Below, piece by piece: positions 61,403 to 64,000 of a stretch of 64,000 bases of DNA. The stretch's first letter is position 1; each line of letters opens with the position of its first letter. The stretch is from the human T2T-CHM13v2.0 reference genome, Homo sapiens, in assembly GCA_009914755.4 (NCBI GenBank), contig CP068257.2, positions 11,808,001 to 11,872,000 on the forward strand. The letters are read 5' to 3'. The notes under the pieces were generated by a model that saw only the letters and a program-made list of their open reading frames with translations, searched no databases and was not told the origin of the DNA. The translations under genes and the position numbers were made by a program.

Positions 61403-64000
61403 CTACTGTTGGTCGCCGGTGGCCGGCAGGCTGGCAGCCCTAACACAGGCAGGGCTGCGAGTGCAGTCACCCAGGTCTGCAGGAGCAGCAGGCCGAGGCC
61501 AGCGGAGATGACCCCGATGAGCCCACTTCAGGTCGGGGCTGGGTGTGGGCACATGGTTCCCGGCAGCGTGTGACCCAGTCCTGGCCAGCCGCTGCCCTCT
61601 GCGGGCCCCAGGGCTGCGAAGAGGCCTTCTGCCTGGGGCAGTATCAAGGCTGCAGAGTTTTCCTCCAAAGCCACACCTCGACTGGAAGGGGCGAGTTCGA
61701 GGACTCTGTGGGTGGTAGCCATGGGCAAATGCAGAGCTGCTGCTGTTGCTTTGCAGTGCCTATAGGACTTAGAGGGCCTGGAGCATCAGTTCCCTGAACA
61801 GCACCCAGATCACCCTGTACTGGGGACACAGTTCATTCCCCCCTTCCCTAACTCTGCAGTAAAATCTTGAGGCTGTCATCTGGGGAAGCCACCTTGTCCG
61901 TTCAGCCATGAAGACAGAAACAGTGCCATCGTTCCAGGAGACTCCAGCTGGATCCAGCTGTCACCTCAATAACCTGTTGAGTAGGCGGAAGGTGATGGCT
62001 GTGGGGGTCTTGCTTGCTGGCTCCTGGTCATACACCTTCTGGTCAGCATGTGGCTGCTGTGCCTTCTGTCTGCATTGCTAGTGGTGCTGGGAGGATGGCT
62101 GGGCTCCAGTGTCTCTGGAGTGGCTTCGAGTCCACTGCTCCTGGAAGGCTTCATCCCATTGGCCACCTGTCCTCTATTCCCTGAGACAGAAAGACAACTG
62201 GAACAGGAGATCAACTGCACCATCCAGATGTGATTATTTGAGATTTTATATTATCCTGGTACCATTCTGAGAGCCAGGAGCCAGCCTTTGCAGAGGAAAT
62301 GGAGGCAGCCATGAAAGAGTTGGTCCAGGAGCTTCAGAGGAGGATGAGCATGATGGACCATCATGCTCTTGCTCAGAGTGTTCTGACTCTCTGTCGTTTT
62401 TCACCTGCAGAGCTACATTCAGGCAAAGGAGACCACTACAGGGAAGAATGGTCCAGTTGAGCCTTCCCACCTCTGGGAGGCTTACTGCCGGGCTACTGCC
62501 CCACATCCTGCTGTGCACAGCCCCAGTGCTGAAGTCACCTATACATGTGGTATTGTGAATTTGTTGCTTCAAGGGCTGGTGCCCAAGTCCCACTTGGAGA
62601 CTCATACTGGATGCCATGTAGTGGTTGAACTCATCATATGCAGTGTAGTCTTACCATTGATCAGCAGGCTGTCAGATCCTGACTGGATCCACCTTGTCCT
62701 CATGGTTATCTTTTCCAAGGCCAGAGATCCAACACCCTGCCCAGCCAGTGGCCCTGAACAGCCCTCAGTGCCCACGTCTCTGCCACTTATTGCTGAGGTA
62801 CAGCAGCTTCCAGAAGGGAGGGCTCCTTCTCCAGTAGCAGCCCCAGGGTTCCTAAGTAAACAGTGAGCCAGAGATTCCTGCAGGCCCCTCCTCAGAGGTT
62901 GAAGGTGGCCACGAAGCTGTAGAGGGAGATTTGGGTGGAATGTCTGAAAAAAAAAAAAGTAGGAAACAACTCATCTCATTTCCTATAGCCAAATACTTGA
63001 GGCCCCCTGTTCTTATGTGGAGACTCAGAGCTGGAGTCTCCGCTGTCTGAAGTAGGCTAAGAAACCATCATGCTCATGACTCCAGGCCACTTTCTGTCTG
63101 ACAGGATTCAGGATGCCCTGTGTGCCCTAGAGGGTTCCCAGGCTCTGGAACCCAAAGGTGGTGAGGGATCTGAAGGAGTAGAGGCTGAGGGTCCAGGGAC
63201 AGAAACAGAGACAGTCCTGCCTGTCTCCACACTGAACTTCTGCCCAGAGATACAGATTGACATAGCAGACAAGGAGATAGAACAAGGAGAAGTTACCACC
63301 TCTGTTACAGCTTTGCTGGAGGGGCTGGAAAAGACCTGCTCCTCACGGCCCTCATGCTTAGAGAAGGATCTCACCAATGATGTGACCTACCTTGATCCTA
63401 GTCTGCTACCAGTTCAGTTCTGCTTTCCTCCTCTTCACCTGGTCCTCTCAGCTCAGCCATCTTCAGCTTTGAACCCCTAAGCAGTCCAGATGGCCCAGTT
63501 GTCATCCAGAACCTTCATATCACTGGCACCATTACAGCCCAAGAGCTCAGTGGCACCGGATTGCAACCATGCACACGCTATACTGTGAAGTGTGAGACAT
63601 CCCTTGATGGTGAAAACAGCAGCCTGCAGCAGCTGGCCTACCACACTGTGAATCACCGCTATTGGGAGTTCTTGAATCTGCAGGCCATCAGGAGAAGAAA
63701 CCAGATCTATGAAAGTTCATTAAAAATGTGAAGGGTTCTAAAAAGCTCTTTCCAGATCTTCCATTTGGAAAACATAGACAGTGACAGAGTAGAAGCCCGA
63801 AAGAGCCTCCTATAATAATTCCTGAAGCAATTGTGTGCCATTCCGGAGATCGCTAACAGTGAGGAGGTGCAGGAGTTTCTTGCTGTGAACACAGATGCTC
63901 ACATTTCCTTTGTCAAGAAACCATTTATGGTCTCTAGAATAGAGAAGATGGTGGTGAGTGCCATTGTGGACAACTTGAAGACAGCATTTCCTTGCTCTGA
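61403..64000 (+). pseudogene. SNX19: Processed pseudogene of a PXA-PX sorting nexin, best match SNX19 (recalled, not searched). It covers the 5'UTR plus about the N-terminal 700 codons and runs off the window end. It has several frameshifts and premature stops.
   Basis: The base composition switches abruptly from AT-rich flank to GC-rich sequence at about 61403. The ATG is at 61908. Translation MKTETVPSFQETPAGSSCHLNNLLSRRKVMAVGVLL continues, after a 1-bp deletion near 62015, as LACWLLVIHLLVSMWLLCLLSALLVVLGGWLGSS...LLLEGFIPLATCPLFPETERQLEQEINCTIQM (two N-terminal transmembrane helices). The PXA start region (IQM/IIRDFVLSWY-type) is frameshifted. ...QSYIQAKETTTGKNGPVEPSHLWEAYCRATAPHPAVHSPSAEVTYTCGIVNLLLQGLVPKSHLETHTGCHVVVELIICSVVLPLISRLSDPDWIHLVLMVIFSKARDPTPCPASGPEQPSVPTSLPLIAEVQQLPEGRAPSPVAAPGFLSKQ* follows. 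The PX domain reads ...GPVVIQNLHITGTITAQELSGTGLQPCTRYTVKCETSLDGENSSLQQLAYHTVNHRYWEFLNLQ...EKKPDL*KFIKNVKGSKKLFPDLPFG (frameshift) DSDRVEARKSLL**FLKQLCAIPEIANSEEVQEFLAVNTDAHISFVKKPFMVSRIEKMVVSAIVDNLKTAF. There are no intron-like interruptions between regions that sit in different exons of the parent gene (the exon structure is recalled, not checked). Confidence 0.6.

Overview
This window is primate (human-type) genomic DNA. It is AT-rich, has no intact protein-coding gene, and is dominated by interspersed repeats. I saw nothing prokaryotic and no novel biological system; the long ORFs in the supplied track are relics of repeats or pseudogenes.

Main content:
- Plus strand, 1-9003: a full-length older L1. 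It has a tandemly repeated 5'UTR and decayed ORF1 and ORF2. It carries nested insertions of two Alus, an AT-rich microsatellite and a 5'-truncated young L1PA 3' end.
- 9198-10929: a second young L1PA 3' end inserted into an Alu, with a 16-bp target-site duplication.
- 12355-13617: a vomeronasal type-1 receptor (V1R) pseudogene, split by an Alu near its N-terminus, with one frameshift in a poly-T tract.
- About 35 Alu elements on both strands, several with clear target-site duplications.
- Several older L1 (L1M/L1PB-like) fragments on both strands. These include a twin-primed (5'-inverted) L1 at 44851-46545 flanked by a 16-bp target-site duplication, and a scrambled minus-strand L1 at 54065-58995 whose 5'UTR carries a ~400-bp tandem duplication.
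- Two solo LTRs: a MaLR (MST/THE1-like) LTR and a putative ERV LTR with a TATA box and an AATAAA signal.
- Several microsatellites and AT-rich minisatellites.
- 52590-54060: a ~1.5 kb degenerate GA-rich tandem array, preceded at 50600-52590 by a GC-rich segment of uncertain origin that contains 36-40-bp subrepeats and a cluster of CCAAT/ATTGG motifs.
- 61403 to the window end: a processed pseudogene of a PXA-PX sorting nexin, best match SNX19 from memory, with frameshifts and premature stops.

Coordinates were derived by reading the sequence and may be off by a few bases.
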